A stretch of 64,000 nucleotides of DNA from Camelus ferus (lineage: Eukaryota): contig NC_045698.1 of the NCBI RefSeq assembly GCF_009834535.1, forward strand, positions 622,001 through 686,000. Direction: 5' to 3'. Both the position numbers and the translations under genes were made by a program. Each line of letters opens with the position of its first letter. The first letter of the stretch is position 1. Shown here piece after piece: positions 59,241-64,000 of this stretch. The notes beneath the pieces were generated by a model. That model ran no database searches. It was not told the DNA's origin and was given only the letters and a program-made list of their open reading frames with translations.

Positions 59241-62156
59241 CCTGTGCTGGCTCCTGTGGTCATCAACACAGCTGGACGGAGCCGAGACCCACCCTGGGAG
59301 GTGGCTGCCCTCCTGCCCTTGGGGCTCTGCCAGTACAACCTCACCCTCCTTCGGGTGGCAATCAGGGCTCAGTCTGCAGAAGCCTTTGCCAGTGTACCCC
59401 ACAGCCAGCTCCCCACTGTGACCCCCTCTGTGACCCCATGTCCAGGCCCTTCACCCCCAGACTCCCTCAGATTCTCACTGTGACCCTATATCTGGGTCCC
59501 TCCACCCCCAGGACTCCTGCTGTGGTGCCCCAGCCCTGCCCACTCAGAAGCCCGCAGTCCACCCTGGGAACACATCCCCCAGCGCCTCGCTGGTTCCAGG
59601 GTTCTGCAGAACAATGGCCTGGCTGCTGAATCACATCATTGTCACCTGAGAGTGCAAACAGGACCCAGCCCTCAGCGGGCGGGCGGGCGAGAGGGGTGAG
59701 GAGGTGAAGGGGAAATGGAGGGGCAACTGTGAAGGACATTATGGGGCACATGGGAGTCCTCACACTATTGTTGCACTTTCCTGGAGCTTCAGAATTTTTC
59801 AAAATAAAACCATGTTCTAACTCTAGGTAGAAGCTCCTCGTTGCAGAGTGACACACAACCATATCTTGAAACATGTTGTCTCCACAACCTTCAGTGCCCC
59901 CAGGGAGTGGTGCTGACGTCCTGATCCCAGCTGGGCCCACTCTGCCTGTCCCCGGCTCAGGATGTCTGGTGCTTGTGGCCGAGTGGCCCAGTCCCGGTTC
60001 CAGGATGTCTCAGGCTCACCCCCCTGCTCCACCACCCCCAGGCCCGGGGTGCACACAGAGGAGCAGGGAGCAGACCCCCAAGAAGTATTGTCAGGTTTGA
60101 TCTGAAGACGTCCAGGTGGGACCCCCACCCCCACCCCCGCTGCAGACCCCGAGCCCTTGAGACCTCGCTGGGCTTCATTTCCTACAGAGCAAAGGAAGTC
60201 ACATCAAAAGAAGGAGCAAGCTAGAAAGCCTGGGACTCGAGCGCCGGAGAGGAGTCACAGCCCTTTCACGGCCGGCTCGGGCTCTGTGCCGTGGGAGCCG
60301 TGCCCTCACTCCCGCCCCTCTCCCAGGACGCTGCCAGCTGGAGCGAACCGGAGGCTCCAGTATCTTTAAAGTCTGAGATGCCCAAATGCCGTCTTGTCCT
60401 CCAGCTCCCCTTCTGGCTCCACAAGTCATCTCTTTTCAAATGAGTCTTGGATAAATGCTTGCTGTCAGCTCAGAGGAAAGTCCACACCAGTGTCCAAATG
60501 GGTTTAGATCCATCTGAACCGGCACTGAGAAGCCAGCTCCAGAGTCGGACGGAGGGTGAACCTGGGACTGACTTGGGGTCCCCGGAACTGTCGACCTCCC
60601 CTCTGCAGCACAGGCAGCCTCGGCTGAGGGACGGGAGGGTGGGAGGTGGGGGTGTCTAGTGGGTGGTGGGGGTTGAGTGGAACACAGCCTTGGCCAGGGG
60701 TGGGGAGAGCTGGGCCTGCAGCCTTGGAAGGGGGTTCCTGCCTGTCCTCCTCTAGGAGGACCCAGAGCCCGGATGAGAGTGTGCTAAGGCCCCGCCCGGA
60801 GAACTTTTCCCTGTAACCTGAGGACTTTGCAAAGACGTTCCAAAAACTACAGCAAAAGAAAGCAGCCTGCTAAGTGAAGCGGGGAGCCGCCGCCAGACCC
60901 AGCAGGGTCCTCCGCAGTAACAGCACGGATGTTCAGGAAAGTAACTGGGAGCCAGACAAGTGGACAAACCCTGACACCAGGGCCAAGGACCTCGCCCTGG
61001 GCACGGGCAGTCTCGGGAAGTCTCCCACTGGAGACAGGGTGCACCCCACCAGGAAAGTGAGAATGCGTCTGCAGGAGGTGGAGCCCTGGCCAGCACGGCC
61101 CGAGGGGGCTGGGGTGAGTCCTCAGCCATGGTCTTGAAAGTGGAGGGCCCTGGGCGACCACACTCAGAACAAACTGGGCTGAAACCCCAAAGACGCTGAC
61201 CATTGAGGAGGTTCTTCCAGGGGTGGCGAGGCGACTGGCGGGCCTCAGCCTGATTTCCGGGGAAGGCAGAGCCAGTCCAGATCAGCCGCTGGAGGGGCGG
61301 GGAGAGAGGCAGGCCCAACTCCCGGGAGGCTCGCAGCCTCCGCGATCATAGACACGATTGTTTAAATTTTCAAAAAGGAAAGTGGCCTGCAGTTGTTGGG
61401 GACGAGCATGCCAGACCGTCCCCCACGGGTAGCCTGTTCCCGAAGAGGGTGGAGCAGCATTTTATAACTGGCCCAGAAAGGAGGACCCTGCCTCTTTCTT
61501 GTGAAACCAGAGTCTGATCTGTGAAAGTACAAGTGTTGCTCCCGACCTGAGACTGTACACGGAGGAGATAAAGAGGTTTTGGCAAGCTGGAAGAATTCAC
61601 CCTCTGTTTGGCAGAACATGAGAGAGGTGCCACCGACACGTCGACATGTATCAAGCCCCTGGGCACTGGGGATGCAGACACCAGACCCACAGCTGCCACC
61701 ACCCTCTCCCAACCCTGTCCACGGGCCACGGCTGGAGCCCAGACGCCTGGCACCCACACGGCGGTCCCCAGACTCCCCGAGGGCCGTCAGCCCCACAGAA
61801 GCGCTGGAGAGGCACACACCTCCGCTGGCCGTGTGGAAATGTCTGAAGCTACCCCTCCGTCCACCGCTGCCCACATACACTATTGTGTCTCACCCGTGTT
61901 CGAGGTCCCTGGGGGCCCAAGCAGCCAGTCCCGGCTCAGCCGTCAGGCCCCAGGAACAGCAATGACTCTCAGGCCACGGGGCTCCGGGCCAAGTATCTCC
62001 CCTACCCTGCCGTCCCTCTGCTATCTCTGATCCAGCCCCTAGGCCCCTGGGCTCTCCCCAACCCCCACCCCCAGCCCGGCCCGAGATGACTCAGGGCATG
62101 GGCAGGGCCAGCACCAGAGCGACCCCGCCCTCTGGCCTCCTTGTACGTTCACAGGA

Positions 62157-62227
62157 GTGAGTGGACTTGACGCCACTGTACTGCACACTCGCATACGGTT
62201 AACATGGCCAATTTTATGTTATGCGTG
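62157..62227 (+). mobile_element. Short L1M(B)-like 3' end fragment
   Basis: GCCACTGTACTGCACACT...GGTTAACATGGCCAATTTTATGTTATG resembles the L1MB 3' terminus. Confidence 0.5.
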
Positions 62228-62429
62228 CAGGGAGCGAGAGGGCCACCATCACCGAGGGCCACCATCACCAAGGGCCACTGTCACAGTCACCAGCACAGGG
62301 CCGCTGTCACAGAAAGCCCTCTCCCCAAGAGGGCCACACCTGAGCTCCCGCCATCAGGTCATCCCATCTTCTCCACAGAAGCCTCCCCCCTCGCCCCTGT
62401 TGGGGGGCCCCCCAACCACTTCTGCCAGA

Positions 62430-62845
62430 TTCGAATCCATGTTCCACCACGAAAATGTTTCATGTGCCTCAGTCCACCTCTCCCCACACGGCGCACAAGC
62501 ATCGCTGCCTCGGTCTCCAGAAGTGTCTCGTCACGCACAGCTGAGGCTCGCCCCACTGGACTGTGACTCCCCGTCCTCTCCCCAGCCCAGGACCACTGTC
62601 TGCTCTGGGTCTCTATGGATCTGACTCCTCCAGACCCTTGGGTAAGGGCAGTCCTGCAGTGTTTGTCCTCTTGTGACCAGCTCAGCACAACGTCCTCGGG
62701 GTGCACCCCTGCTGCAGCCTGTGTCAGAGGTCCCTTCCTTTTTAAGGCTGAATAACATTCTGCATGTGGACTGGCCACGTTGTGTTTGTCCATCACCCAC
62801 GGACGGACGCCTGGGTTGCTTCCTTCTCTTGACCGTTGTGAACAC
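62430..62845 (-). mobile_element. L1MB-like LINE 3' fragment
   Basis: TCCTTTTTAAGGCTGAATAACATTC...GTGTTTGTCCATCA...GGACGCCTGGGTTGCTTCC matches antisense L1M 3' region; boundaries approximate. Confidence 0.7.
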
Positions 62846-64000
62846 ATTTTCTTTACCACGTGACTTCCCTTCTGTCAAGTGGTGTGGAACACTTTCCAGG
62901 GTATTTGTCTAAGTGAGAAACAGAAGCGTACATACTGCGTTACTATTTTTGTAAGAATCACACGCGCACACACACGACTCTGGGAGGATACGGGAGACAC
63001 CTCGGTTGACAGAGGAAGGGGGCTGATTTCCGCTGGCTGCGCCCTGGACCCTCTAGGTTCCAGCACTGCCGAGACAAAAATACTTCACAACCATTTAAAC
63101 TAAACGGCCGCCGCAGCCAGGAGATAAGCAGGTCACGCTCGGGCGCCCAGGAAGGTGATTTGTGCCCTATTATTACCCACAGCGCAGATAAGGTGAGGGA
63201 GGCCTGTCCCAAGGTCACAGCCGGGGTCCTGTGGCCAGGGGAGAGGCCCCGCGCCCATGGGCTGGGGGCTCCAGGCTGAGTCTCCGTGGGACACACGCGT
63301 GTGTGTCTGTGCGCCGTGGACCCGGGGCTGCGTGGGGGCCGGGGGGCCACAGGCTTGATTCTGCGAAACGTTTCCCAAACTGGCCGAGGTGTCACCGCAT
63401 GTTTTAAACTTCAAATCTGCCTGACGAACTGAACCAGACCACCTCTTCTTCTGCACTTTCTTCCCCACGAAGGGGAGAGAGAGGGAGGGATGCCCCATCA
63501 ACCATCTCCAGGTTGGGGAACTGTCTCTTGGTTTAATCCCCTCGTTCATCTTTGGCGCGACTCACGTGAGAGCGGACCGAGGGCGGTGCTGGTGGGGGCA
63601 GCTGTGTCTGTAGAGAACAGCTTTTTTTGTGTAAATAGTGCACATCATTGATTACTATTTTCTCAGGGCAACGAGCTAAAAATACATTTAAAAAGCCCTG
63701 ATTGCCACTGAAGGGTGCCGAGGTCAAGCGGGCCTCACAGCTCAGAACCACCAAGTCAGCCTGTGCCCAACGCAAGAGACAGACGCTCTCGGAGACAACG
63801 TCCACGGGCCAAAACCTGTGGTCACAGGAGCAGTGAGCTGGGAGGGCAGGCAAAGTCAGGGGACAAGACCTTCTAACGGCGACACTCGTCTTCCGAGGAG
63901 AACGGGGCCACGGAGCAGAGAAGTGAACCAGCAAGGCGCTGCCACCTCAGCCCGGAGGCCAGAGAGGCCAGCGGGCCGGCGGCTGCCGCCCAGACTCAAC

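Overview
GC-rich mammalian genomic DNA, with no prokaryotic features. Gene content matches the NKD2-SLC12A7 interval (human 5p15.33 ortholog). I saw no Alu or B1-like SINEs, and the species cannot be determined from the sequence. The + strand carries the 3' part of NKD2 (exons 4-10, 7384-11553, poly(A) signal at 12525), preceded by a ~2.3 kb 30-bp minisatellite in intron 3. The - strand carries all of SLC12A7/KCC4 (24 coding exons, ATG 57328 to TAA 18942, CpG-island promoter, poly(A) signal at 17315), convergent with NKD2. Exons were assembled by hand from splice signals and protein recognition. Main observations: (1) SLC12A7 has two +1 frameshifts (exons 16 and 22), each giving an immediate stop and both in a GGCCWG context, in an otherwise intact 1083-codon frame, so either an assembly error or a very recent loss. 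(2) A 15-nt EWGNL microexon like that of KCC2. (3) A candidate alternative first coding exon in intron 1 (MNERSDEGGTGP|G) resembling KCC2b exon 1b. (4) Two U12-type introns. (5) An NKD2 EF-hand loop with D-to-G and V-to-A changes. (6) Higher-order structure and arrayed acceptor-like motifs in the minisatellite. (7) Clusters of TCF/LEF motifs. Most ORFs in the supplied track are GC-rich noise. I found no wholly new biological system; the exon-1b candidate is the most novel lead.
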